From: Chlorokybus atmophyticus
Lineage: Eukaryota; Plantae; Mesostigma and Chlorokybus algae
Direction: 5' to 3'
DNA length: 64,000 bases
NCBI GenBank assembly: GCA_009103225.1
Contig: RHPI01001327.1
Span: forward strand, 1 to 64,000
Part shown: one piece after another, positions 46,237 to 58,160 of the stretch
Position numbering within the stretch: the first letter of the stretch is position 1
How the letters are laid out: every line of letters starts with the position of its first letter
Notes under the pieces: generated by a model
What the model saw: only the letters and a program-made list of their open reading frames with translations
Database searches by the model: none
Told to the model about the DNA's origin: nothing
Program-made: the position numbers and the translations under genes

Positions 46237-49200
46237 TCAGAAGTGCTTGGAAGTCCTGTCTGCCAGAGGGCTACCGGGCTGCGATGGCGGTGGTTGCTGC
46301 AGCTGCGTGCGCGGGCTGAGCAACATTCCGTACGGTTCCCCCGCAGGACTCCGAGGCGACTCCTGCTGCTGCAGATGCTGCTGCTGTGGTGGCGGCTGAC
46401 TCATCAGCATCATCGACCCCCGGCCCCCACGCCCGCCGCTCCCGCCACTCGCCTTTGCAATGTGGATGGACTGTCGCACCGCCCTGTCCGGCATTGCCAT
46501 CAACACCTCTTGCGCGGTAGCCGCCTGCTTCGGCAACGCAAAGGACTTGCGCCTTCTGCAATGATACAGCAGATGTTATGCGTTGTGAGTGTGACATGTG
46601 TGTTGCAGAAGGCAAAACACATGCTGTCACTCAACTCACCCGCGATCAAGTCCGGGCTGCTGCTGTTGGGAGGGGCCAGGTGGGTCAACCGGCTGCTGCT
46701 GCTGTTGTAGCTGCTGATGTAGTTGCTGCTGTTGTTGCTGCTGCTGCAACTGCTGTTGTTGCAACTGCTGCGCGACGCCCCATATGTCCGCAAGCTCGTT
46801 GCCCACAAGCGAGGGCCGTGTGGCCATCAGCTGCCGCTGCTGGAGAAGGTGCGGTGGCTGCAAGTGCTCGGGGCTTGTGGCCACACGCAAGGAGATGGAC
46901 TTGCGTCTTGTCAACATCTGAGAGCCCTGTGCAACGGGGCGTGAGTCCACATGGCATGACACATGGAGCTCCAAGCGCCAACAACCTCACTCACCCCGGC
47001 GTGTGGTGGGGATGTGGAGGTGTGTGTCGAGGAGGGATCCTGCTGCAGTGGCATGATGATGCCTTGAGGCGCTTGCTGCTGCTGCAACAACATACCTAAG
47101 CTGCCCATGCCTGGGGCGGTGCCCATGTGGCGGGCGCTTGGGAACGCCATCGACTGACGGGGGGGAGCAGAACCTCGTCTACCCCCTCCTCCTTGTCCCG
47201 TTGGTGATAGAGGCGTTTTGGGATACATCATCATGCTGTTGCCCGCAGCATGCTGATCCCGCACAGACGGATGGTCCGGGCCTCCGTTCATGTTCATGCT
47301 CTGCAATGGCGGGGACATCAGGCCGACTGCTATGGAGTCCCTGTGGGACCTTCTTGGTGACTGGAGCTGGGCCATCATGCTCATGGGTGGCTGGGCCCCA
47401 CCGGGCGATACAACGTAGCCCGCAGCAATTGTGTCGGCCAGCACTTGAGGGCTGACAACCCCTATGGATGGTCCTCGGCCGGACCCGCGCCGGGGCGAGT
47501 TGCCGTGCGATTCTGAGCCATTGCTTGCACCTAAGAGAGATATACAACAGATTAGATACACAGTCGTTGTCCTGCAAGCTGGGCAAAGAGGAGAAAGTAC
47601 ACATACCAACGGGGACAACTCCACCTCGCGCTGACATTGGCAGCATCGTTGAAGGCATGTCCAGCTGGTGCGGCTGTGGTTGCGAGGGAGCCGTCTCGGT
47701 GTTGTTGCCGCCATTGATGCCGGCATCGATGTGGCCGGCAGCATTAGACTCGGACCAGCTGCCTTTGCCAGTGCCGGGGACAATGATGCTGCTGTTCCTG
47801 CTGCTGACTTCGGGCTTGCTGTTGCGCTTTTGGTTCTTCTCGGGGGGCATAATGGCCACCGCATACGCTGCGGTGGCGGCATACTTGAAGCTGCGGGACT
47901 TGTGCGATTGGCTCCCTGCAGGCGAAGACAACAACATCGCCTGCTGCCGCGAGCTGCCGGCCCTGCTTACCCGTCGCAGCCAGTTGCGTGTCTTGCTAAT
48001 CACGCCAGCCACGATGCCGCTCTGCTGTTGCTCGTCCAAGTGATGCCCCTGCGTGTACTCGCTTGAGTGCTGAGTTACAGACAAGGAACACACAATGCAC
48101 ACGTGCACCCACCTCTTGCTGGCTCGAACCATTGGATGGCAAGCGCAGCAAGTAATCTCGTGTTGGGGTGTTGGGGTTTGTGCTGTACTCCGTTATCCAA
48201 TCCGCAGCATCGCCAGCTGTCCCCGAGTCTGGCAACGGAGGTAAGCAAGTGCATATCATCAGTCAACCAGCCTACCAACACAACAGCAAGCCCACATGCA
48301 CCGACTTGTACCATGCGCACCTATGGGGGAAAGCTGCGCAGAACGCGTCACAACGGAGCGCTGGCTGGACGTAGAGTTCGTGCGGGACGACACGACCTGC
48401 TGCTGCATGTTGCCGTTCCAGAGGGCAGGACCGGGGATTTGAGTAAAAGACCTGCAGCCCACAGCGGTTGATACAGTGCACGTATGGTGTGAATAGAATA
48501 AGACAAGTTTGCAGGAATGTGTGGTGTACCTTTGAGGAGTTCTATCACCAGTGTGTTCGGATGCAGGGAGGCTGGCGGCGTCATCCCTGGCGGCTTGAAC
48601 CTGCTCTATGTTTTGCTGCTCAACGCCCTCACCGGGCCCGCCGTTGTAGCCAGTGTCATCTACGGCGGTGCCGCCATGCTCGAGGTACTTAACGAACATC
48701 TCGTGGACCTCCTGCTTGGCGACAATGTCAGTGGAAAACTGGAAGGCTACAATGGAGGCAATGACCCACGCAAGGAATGCCCCCGTGATGCGGCCCTGCG
48801 CCTTCATCTCCGCCATGCCGGACCACGTCTGCATCACCGCCATCCCGAGCAAGAAGTACCCCACTGCTCTGTGCAGCCTCCGCCAGTGTATTGTTGTCTT
48901 CTCATGTCGCACTGCGAGCCACCCAAACAGATACTGCGGCAGTGTGGCTGTTACGATGAACACTGACGCGATGCCATGTGTCGTGTAGAAGTGCCGCGAC
49001 GTGGCCGTGTAGCCCAGCACCACACCCGTCACGCCCATCATAAGCACTACAGTCTGCAAAGCCTGATGCGCAAACACCCAATGCTTCCACCCGCGTCCAA
49101 ACCGAGCGATGAAGACTGAAATGACGGATATCACAATCCACGCTACGCTCATGATCACGCCATGCGCTACAAGCATCCTTTTGTGGGCGCTGTTCTGCAC

Positions 49201-52200
49201 AGAGAGCGAGCGCAATGAGCTGCTTTACTGTTTTCTCATATCAAATGACCTGTCCAAGCATGAACACTACCTCAGTAGGTGAACTGGGCGCCGGGGCGGG
49301 AGCGGGTGCCTCATAACTGGTATTGGCCAGCAGGTTTGTCGTGTACATGCCCCTGTTTGAGGTGCCATGATACAAAAGTGTGTCATCCGTGGCGTGCCAC
49401 GCATATATCACCTTGGTGAGCTTTGAGGCAATGTCCCTGTCCTTGGCATCACCCGTCACGAGCTTGCGCATGAATACAATAGTGGTACCGGCGGATGTTT
49501 GCGTCCCCGAGTATGAGAGCACGTCGCTCGTGCCTCCAATGCTGGTGTCGAGGGTGGGAGTGACCGTAGATGTTGACCAGTAGTCACTGATATGTGCGCC
49601 GCTCGCGTCCACGTAGCCAATGTACATGTCCGCATTGCTCATTGCCGTGTCATCAGGGTCGAACCCAACTCCCAGCCAACCGGTGCCTGGGGAGGTCATT
49701 TGGAACTCTATTGTGTCCGTCGTTACCAGCTTCCATGCCAGCTGAAAGCCATCGGCTTTCCCCAAGTGGCCAGTGTACCCGTCTGTAGGCGGGGAAGGTG
49801 CGCTCTGTGGAGAGCACGCACAACCACATGAACACATTTACAAGAGGCAAACTGTTGACATGACGTGGTGCATCGCGCATACCGATGTTGGGGCAGGGGC
49901 TGTTGTATTCGCTCCAAAGGTAACCTGTACCACATGGAGTAACCTTAGTTAAGCCACATTATGAACGCACTTATCAAGTTGGGACTTACCAGTGCACCAT
50001 GCACTGGCAACATGTTATCATTATATGTTGCTCATTGAATCAATACCATGTCACCAGTTACAAGCGACATGTACGCAATCCGCATGGGTCTTTGCATGCT
50101 GTACAGCCTGTGACACTGCTCACCTGTCCGGGTGAGCGGTTAGCAGAGCCATGGTATGTGAGGGTGGTCACAGTGGGGTTGTACGCATAGATGATGTCAA
50201 CAGGGCCGCTCGTGGCTATAACTCGATCGTACGGGTCACCTGTGTCGAGCTTGCGTGCAAAAGATATTGTAGTGTACCCGTCCGCAGTGGACCCGCTTAG
50301 CGCCATAACGCTGTTCTGCCCTCCTCGCACTGTGTCCAACACGGGAGTAGCATAATTGTCGGCCCAATAGTCGTTAACCACAACACTCCCGTCCGATGCA
50401 GAGATGTATCCGATGGTGATGTCCGCGCCAACCATGCCACCTGAAGGCCCTGCAAGCCCGAACCCAACCCAACCTGTGCCGTGCGCGGTGGCATTGATGG
50501 TGATGGTGTCGCCAACAATACGCCACCATAATCGGTACGCCCCATTGAGGAAAGTGGCGGAATTGCCTGTGTCCCCGCCCGTACTGTTGCCGCTCGAGTC
50601 CGTGCACAGGGTGGTCTGATCCTGCCTCACAAACAGATTCCGCGGGAGGTACTGTATGTCGGTGTTGCGCAGAATAACGTCCCGCAAGCGCGTTGAACGA
50701 ATGACCGTCAACTCATCATCGGTAAACAGTCTGCAATGCGGCAAAACAGTCAGTCTCGTACCAACATCAACGCTTGCATCACAACCGTTGTGTACAGCCG
50801 TACCCATTCTCTCTGCTTTCAAAATAATAGCGGTCCCCATCGCGTATGCGTGTGTACTGGTCTTTTAGGGAAGTATAGTACAGCTCGCCGAGGTTGGAGT
50901 CGTTCACATGGTCCTCGGCGGTGCCGGCAATGTATGGATCGAGGTTGTCCACGCTGCCGTACACGTCCTGGAGGGCCTGCTGCGTGAAGGGGTCGGACGT
51001 AATCTCCGCGAAGGATGTGACGGGTTTGAGGCCGAAGGCCTTCCGGCATGTGTTGTAGTCGGGGATGCCGTGATCACGCCCTCGCTGGATGTTGGTTGCG
51101 ACTAGGTCCACTGCACCGGTCCCGGGGTTGCCGAAGAGGTAATCCTTGATGGCGGAGTCGAATTGCGCGTCCACATGCATGGCCACACGCACGGTAAGGC
51201 CACGCACAATGGGCTCAATGCCGGCTGTCATGGTGTGCATGGGCGCGAAGAAAGTCTCACGCAGGAGAAGGTGACCTTCCGGGCACTCGCGCTCGGCATC
51301 ATCGGTGCGGAAGATGATGCCTCCAACCTCACTGTGGCCGTAACGGTACGCCACCGTTGAGAAGAAGAGGTCCACTGTTGGGTTCACGTCCGGTTTGTAC
51401 CCAGTGTACTCTGGAATCACCATCCCGAGGGCAGGGAGGTACTCGTAGAAGCATATCATTTGCAAGAATGCAATGTTCCACTTGCGCGCCTCGTGGTACA
51501 GCTGGTCTTCAGTCCACGTTGGGTGATTCACCTTGAGCTCTGTTGCGAGGCGATTGTGCTCGCGCATGAAGATGGTGTGCAGCACCATGGTGGGCCCGTT
51601 AACATTGCCACGTACGTCTCCCGCCGCCAGCATTACGGGCTCTATGTGTGCAGCGTCCGCCATCACCAACCCAAACAAGTCGCGCGGAAGCAGTCCGTTC
51701 TCAGACTTCACGTGACCATCATGGTATGTGCGCAGCAGGTTTGCGCGTGCGCTGCTCTCCCTGCATCCGCCGACACTTGTCGGCTGGACGCACATGGACA
51801 CGCGCGTGCACACGAAGGACGCACAGACAAAGACGAACACGCACACGCTCTCCCATCGCATCATGTCATCAAAAGTCCACAACAGCGCACGACAATTCTT
51901 ACCCATAAACCATGCTCGCATCAACGAACGCAGTGATTTGATTTTCAAGCCCACGAGGCCGTCCTGCAAGACAAATAAATGAGCGCGAGGTAAAGCGGGA
52001 GGTAAAGGGCCAAACGACATGCAAACGTAGGTGTTGTGCAAGAATGCTTCAGTGCTTTGACACCTTCCGCGGAGTAGTCATGGAACGAAGAGCGCTGAAA
52101 GGCTATGGTAGCGTTGCCTGTACAAGCTCGGTCGAAGTAGTAGTCACATCTAGGCACCGGGATGGGTTCATTTTCCCCGCTGCAAACACACAATGAAGGT

Positions 52201-53410
52201 AAACGCCCCAGTTCCGCTGTGCATGTCTGCATGGCAGCAACTGCTTACGTGTTTGGTCCGCTCGCTCCAGTGTGCGTGATGTCATGATCAAAGAATTGCC
52301 CCTGTATAGGCAGACAACCCTTATCAGATCAAAAGTTGGGCATGTGCTTAGTGTACCAACGGCGTACAATGTATGTGAGCAGGTCGGTGGAGCGTCGAGC
52401 CGACCGCTTTGGGTTAATGACGGCCTGCTGGCTCAACCGGTCTGAGACGGCGCGCGGGCTTGGGCGAGACCCGTCACTGCCGGGCATCTGCGAGATTCCG
52501 TCTAGGTACCCTGCCGGCACCGGGTCCCGAATCTCCTCCGACTTTGCCGCCCTGCAGGTTGAGCGTGTATTTGTACGTGCAGACGAAAATCAATCAGCAG
52601 CATTGTGTTACCACTGGTAGCCAAAGCAGCCAAATCAAACACCACTGGTTGCGTGCCTTAACACGGGCTGCTCAAAGCTTTGTGCGCTGCAGCTTGTGAG
52701 CTTGCTGGTCAGTTGTGCGACCACTAACCAAGACACAAGCTATCCACACGTACATTTCTGGGTGTCAAGTCTTACAGCTTGCTGTGGTGCTGCAGCGGAT
52801 CAGAGGTTTTTCATTTGTGAAGAATTGATCAACAGCTGGCATCCAGGATTGATGCTGGCAGCTAGCTTTCACTGCTGACTGCTGTTGAATAGCGCTACTA
52901 ACAGGTGAAAGACTGCTGTATAATGCCTCATTCCTGCTTATGCTGGTACTGTACAGCAAGCGCAGTGCGAAAATGATTGCAAGCGGACTCTGTGCTTAGG
53001 GCGTGGTTCTTCAGCTGCTGCTTGCTGTCTGCTCGAGTCAGTTACATAAGGCGAGCTGAGCTCACATGGAAGCAGCGAGTGATTGTGGTGTTGTACACGG
53101 TTCCAACAGAAGCGCAAGTGCAGTTATAACACCACGTCAAAGAGAAGACGAACTGGGCACCGAGCTGTTGAACACTAAGCTTGCCAGTGTTGCAAGCAAA
53201 GACACTTAAAAGAGGAGAGATATGAAAACGAGAGATCAGGATCTCATCCAGCACAGCAAGTGATGTCACCCACCCCCACTCGGGATGCCCTATGTTGTTG
53301 CCCCATCCGTCAAAAGCGTAATGGTTGGCTGGATCCACCTGCCCGTCCACCACACGCCAGGAGGCGGCCACCAGCACCAGCAGCACCAGCAGCGCCGCCG
53401 GCTCCCTCAT
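46237..53410 (-). CDS. Heme peroxidase (peroxidase-cyclooxygenase family)-DOMON-DOMON-cytochrome b561 fusion membrane protein with a long low-complexity tail
   Basis: Signal MREPAALLVLLVLVAASWRVVDG; FDGWGNNIGHPEWG; GQFFDHD; NQITAFVDASMVYG; GDVRGN; EHNR; YRYGHS; NIQRGRDHG; DOMON1 GWVGFG..GGMVGAD..DYW..RKLDTGD..YHG; DOMON2 GWLGVGF..AMSNAD..DYW..RKLVTGD..YHG; b561 AHG, AHQ, THG, LHR. All checked junctions are GT-AG and in frame. Confidence 0.92.
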
Positions 53411-53816
53411 ACCGATGATGAACAAGGCGGAGGTACTATCTTACCAGTAGGCGCCTGCGCCTAAGCATTATCTCCGCGCCCAACACCCTCCGCCGCCACC
53501 TGGCCCGCCCTGGCTTGGCCTGGCCTGGCCTGGCTCCACCAGCAGCAGCAAGTGGGAGAAAGCGGACGCCGATACCAGCGGTTTTTGCCGCAGCAAGTGG
53601 CATCATTAAAGCCGTTTCTAACGAGCAAGCGTAACGACCGCCGTATCGCATTAAGGCAATCATACCCTATACAATGCAAGCTATACTTGGTGTCATGAAT
53701 GCAAGTTAGCTGTGGTTAAGACTGAATCGCCGTCACGTGCTACGGCGGCCAAAACGATATCAACTATTTAGGAGATAAGTGCATTCAGCTGGCGATATCA
53801 CTTGCGGACCCAGCAT

Positions 53817-53824
53817 TAGGGTTT
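53817..53824. promoter_or_regulatory. Telo-box in the peroxidase-fusion/NOT2 divergent promoter
   Basis: TAGGGTTT about 95 nt upstream of the first NOT2 donor (53918). Confidence 0.5.
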
Positions 53825-54122
53825 GCGGGTGTTTGCGGATGGGGGTGTGGTCGGCCGTGTTGGGGGCGGTGCTCGTGGAGGCGGCGGTTAAAAGCGCAGT
53901 AGCTGCGCTGAGCTCAGGTATGTGCGTGTGAGTACATAATGACCGCCGCATGGTCGGATTCGCTTCCGCCAGCTGGTGTGGCAAATTGCCCGTGCGCTTT
54001 TCTGGTTGAGTCGCCAGCCATGTCCATTGGCCGGCTTGGAAGCAGCATGCTTTTGGGTTTTTGTGCTATCTGGCTGTTTGTTTCCGTACTTGCGTGCTTT
54101 CACTTTGACACGCAAGAAAATG

Positions 54123-54196
54123 CACTCAGTGATAAATTATTGCCGCCAGCTTAACAACCAACATCTAGGGCTTTACCTGGGAGATCTGCTGAAGTG
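54123..54196 (+). ncRNA. Candidate intronic box C/D snoRNA (U34/snR62-like guide) in the NOT2 leader intron
   Basis: C box GTGATAA 54129-54135; D box CTGA 54189-54192; terminal stem CACT/AGTG; guide TTTACCTGGGAGATCTG pairs 16/17 (2 G-U) with the remembered LSU rRNA segment CAGGUCUCCAAGGUGAA. Confidence 0.62.
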
Positions 54197-54595
54197 AGCG
54201 GCAAGTGTTGCTGTTGTTCGTGTGGTTGATCATCGTTCAGTTGTTGGTGGTGTATGCCGGCGGCGGAGGGGATGAGCGGGTGCCATTCCCTGTGGCTGCG
54301 CTGGTTGTGATGCCCGTTGCAGCCCCCGTGGTGACGGCAGAAGGGCTGTTGCACGGCGGAGCCCCCCAGCGCGATGCGCGGAAGATGCATGATAGTGAAA
54401 ACGATTCTATCATGTATTTCTACAACGCCAGACAGGACAGCGGAAAGGATGTGAGTGGAGCTGCAGTTTGCCATCATCCCATTCATTGTGCTCGTTGCGT
54501 CACAGAGCACTGAGAGTTTCTTGCTTGGTAGTTATCGCTGATGTAGGCACAGTTGTGTATATTACCAAACTCCTAACTTTATGTTCTGACTGCAG

Positions 54596-54792
54596 ATGGG
54601 CGGGTTAGGGTATTCAGGAAACCCTGCGGGCATGTTGAGCGCAGGTAACGCTGCTTAGGCTTATGTTACGCTACCATCCAATCCACTTCGCTGAATTGCG
54701 GTGCACCACCAGGCGCAGCCAGCATGCCAGGGTTGCAAGCGAATTTCAACGCATTGCAGTCACGCATGTCAGGCATGCCTAGTTCACAGCAA

Positions 54793-54824
<32 letters not shown>

Positions 54825-57612
54825 CTCCATGGCACAGCAAGGGCGTTTTGTGTCAGCCAACATTCCTGGTGGCATCCCTCAGGTGCATTTCTGCATACTA
54901 TATTTGTCGCACAGGGTCTAGACAACTTTACGTAAACATATTGTTCCTGTTCTTACAACCGTTGCTTAGATATGCTTTGTTGCAGTTTGCGCAGGGTTCT
55001 CTTCATGGCCCTGGCGGCTTACCTGCTCGAGGGAACCTGAGCAATGTTGGCCCGCATAACCTTGCACTGGGCGGGCTGGCAGGGAATGCAGCAGTTGCTG
55101 CAGCTGCTGCAGCAGCTGCAGCTGCCGGTAATAAGCAGCTTCCTTCTAGGGGCATGTCTCCAAACCTGGTAGCCGCCAATGCTTCTCTTGCGGGGCGCAA
55201 CTTGGGTGGCGCTCCAGGGAGCTCTGTTGGTTTGGGGGCCATGAACATTAGTGCCAACGGCCCTCGAACAATTGCTGGCATGGGCATGGGACAGCTTGGC
55301 GGAGCAGTCACCCCACCACTGCGACCTGTGGACTTGGGCAGCGGGTACAGCCGCTCCAGTGAGCTACTTGCAATGGTCGGAAAAGGTATTGTTGCAGCGC
55401 TGCATAATTGGTGCATGTATGCGGTAATATTCGTTCATGTTGTGGTTTTGACATGTGATGCGAGCCGCCTGTTCAGCATTTCTCATTATGTGTGCATGAG
55501 TTGCGTGTTGCCTCCATAAAGATGTTATCGATGTGAGCAGAGCAATACATTGTCCAGTCCTCCACTTCACCATGGAGGTTGTTTCTGCTTCCATTGTGCT
55601 TACGCTGCAACTCCCTCAGGGCTGCCATCATTGTCGTTGCTGGGCATGTCTGGTGGCGGTGTCTTGCAAACACCTCCCTCCCAGCAGCAACAGCAGCAAC
55701 AGCAGGCGCCGCAGCAGCAACAGCTACAACCGCCCCCGCAGCCGCAGCCCCAGCAGCAGTCGCTGCAGCCACAACAGGCACAGCCACAGCCAGGGAGCCG
55801 GTCAGTCAATCAGCAACGGCTACAAGAAAACCATGAACCCAGCAGTGAAGCCCCGTTTGACATGAGCGAGTTTCCGTCTCTCTCATCACGGGCAATAGGT
55901 TCCAACTCAATGCATGGCCATGCAATTGCTGGGAGTCTGGGTGAGGCAGGCGACTTCTACAGTAGTTTAGGTGCGTGGTTGTTGCATTACTTGGAATTGT
56001 GGGTGCAAGTGGCATTCCACTTTGTCAGCAACTCTGAATTGTCTGTTGGTTTATGCAGCGTTGCAGCACAAAGTGTCACAAGTTGTGCAAAGCAACCAAG
56101 AGTTCAGCATTCAGAATGAAGATTTTCCTGCTCTCCCTGGTTTTAAAGGTAACTGACCTGTTGTCTTGCTATAGTGTGACAGGGTTAGGTCACGTCGTAT
56201 AGTCTTTGAACCTTTGCATGTGATTAGCGAGTGTCCGAGTTCTATCAGTATTGTGACATGCTGGTGTCTTGCAGGTGGGTCGGATCAGATGCACAATAGT
56301 TTGATGGGCGACTTGCATCATCATGATATGGAGGGCTCTCTTGGCAGTCTGCAGCAGCATTACTCGGTATGTCAGTTGCGTGTACATAACAGCGCGCTAC
56401 AGTTGATCTGCAGAGCATCGCACAGCATGCTGTTTGTGGTATGCAAGTGGTATTCAGCTCGTGCTGTTTGTTTGGCTGTAGAATCAGCTCTCAGGTTCAT
56501 TGAGCGGGTTGCGAGCGAGTTCACCAGCTGGGTTGCCAATGTACGAGCAACTTCTGTCACAACACCATTTTCAGCAACAGCAGTTGAGGCTAGGGCAGCA
56601 GCTCTTGGCACCCACAACGCAACAGCAATTGCAGTCACAGCAGCAGCAGCACCAACAGCAGCCGCAACTGCAAGCGCCCCAGCACCAGCCAGGCCCATTG
56701 GTTTCACAGAAGCCAGGCACCGCTGGCCAGAAAAATGCGCCTGCACCCGATCGCTTTGGCCTGCTGGGGTTGCTTAGTGTCATAAGAATGAGTGATCCCG
56801 ACCTCACAACATTGGCTCTGGGAACCGATCTCACAACACTTGGGCTCAACCTAAACTCTCCTGACAATCTATACAAGACTTTTGCCTCGCCCTGGGCGGA
56901 GGGTCCAACACGTGGAGAACCTGAGTTTACTTTGCCATCCTGTTACGTGCAGCCGGCACCCAGGTTGCAGGTATGTGGTGATGTTTGCCATACATGGTGG
57001 CTACCCAGTCATTGCGACTGCATCTTATCAATTGCTGGTGTTCACCTATTTTGCACTGCAGCCTGGGTACTTTGCCAAGTTTCAGCTGGAAACTCTGTTT
57101 TACATATTCTACAGGTATGCTTGCCGCTGCCGGTCGGTGTGTCTGTCACTGCCTATCAATGGGTAGAACTTCTCATGAACTCATCTGCATGCTGTATGCA
57201 GCATGCCAAACGACGAGGCGCAACTTTATGCTGCTGAAGAACTGTAAGCCTTAACCAGCAACCGCATGCAATAAGCTCTGTGTCCTTGAACTGCTTCTGA
57301 CTGTTGCGGTCTTCTGTGTGCAGGTCAAATCGAGGATGGTGGTTCCACAAGGAGTTGAAACTGTGGCTGACACGTGTTCCTGGTGTTGACCCCTTGGTGA
57401 AAACCAACTCGCTGGAGCGGGGCTCCTTTTACTTCTTTGATACAAGCCAATGGGATCGAGTGCGAAAGGTGCTTGCAAAGTGCATGTGGCTTTGACTGCA
57501 ATGTTGTCTGCATGCATGGCAGGTTTGGTGACTTCTGGCTTTTTCCTCGCAGGACAACTTCATCTTGCAATATGCCGATCTGGAAGCAAGGCCTTCTGTC
57601 CCCGCAAGATGA
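54596..57612 (+). CDS. NOT2: CCR4-NOT subunit NOT2 (VIP2-like); possible in-frame 47-aa extension from ATG 54310
   Basis: G/Q-rich N-terminus; NOT box DRFGLLGLLSVIRMSDPDLTTLALGTDLTTLGLNLNS..FASPW..LETLFYIFYSMPNDEAQLYAAEEL|SNRGWWFHKELKLWL..ERGSFYFFD..WDRVRKDNFILQYADLE. Confidence 0.95.
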
Positions 57613-58160
57613 TGCTTGTGTGCAACTGCATGTATAGCTGTAACCGCAGTGATTTCACACCAGTTGCTTTCTTTTATGCCTGCAAGTTACATGCACCCGC
57701 CCAGGCTGTGTTTTGCAGCCACTGAGTATGAGATGTGTTGATATAGTATTGTTGTACCATCCAGGTAACGGTGCACAGACTGACGTGTACATGCGGTCTG
57801 TGCACAACGGTCTTGTTAGCATCGGAGGTTTTGCTACAGCAGGACTATTTGATCAGTTAGGCAGGCGCAGTTGTAGATGTATATTGCAGATGGGGGGAAA
57901 TGTAGCGTACAGAATTTCAGTGTTGAACTTCTGCGAACTGTCTTAATGCCGACATTGCGTGACTTGTTTGTAAAGTTGGAGGTAGTTTCCGCATTACCAT
58001 CAGTTGCGTGCGGTTGGGTAAGGCGCGAACTTGCAGGCATGATATATGGTGTATTATGTTGAGAGATCACAATGGTGCATGCACATGCCGCGAAAGCACA
58101 ACTAGGGGTGCGGCTAATTGGGCGTGTGAATGGGTCGGCTGGCCGGCTGGCAATAGGGCA

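Noticed and set aside
54170-54290. TPP riboswitch in the NOT2 leader
   Set aside because: ATGCCGGCG..AGGG resembles the P4/P5 end, but the CTGAGA and ATACC..GAACCTGA cores are missing.
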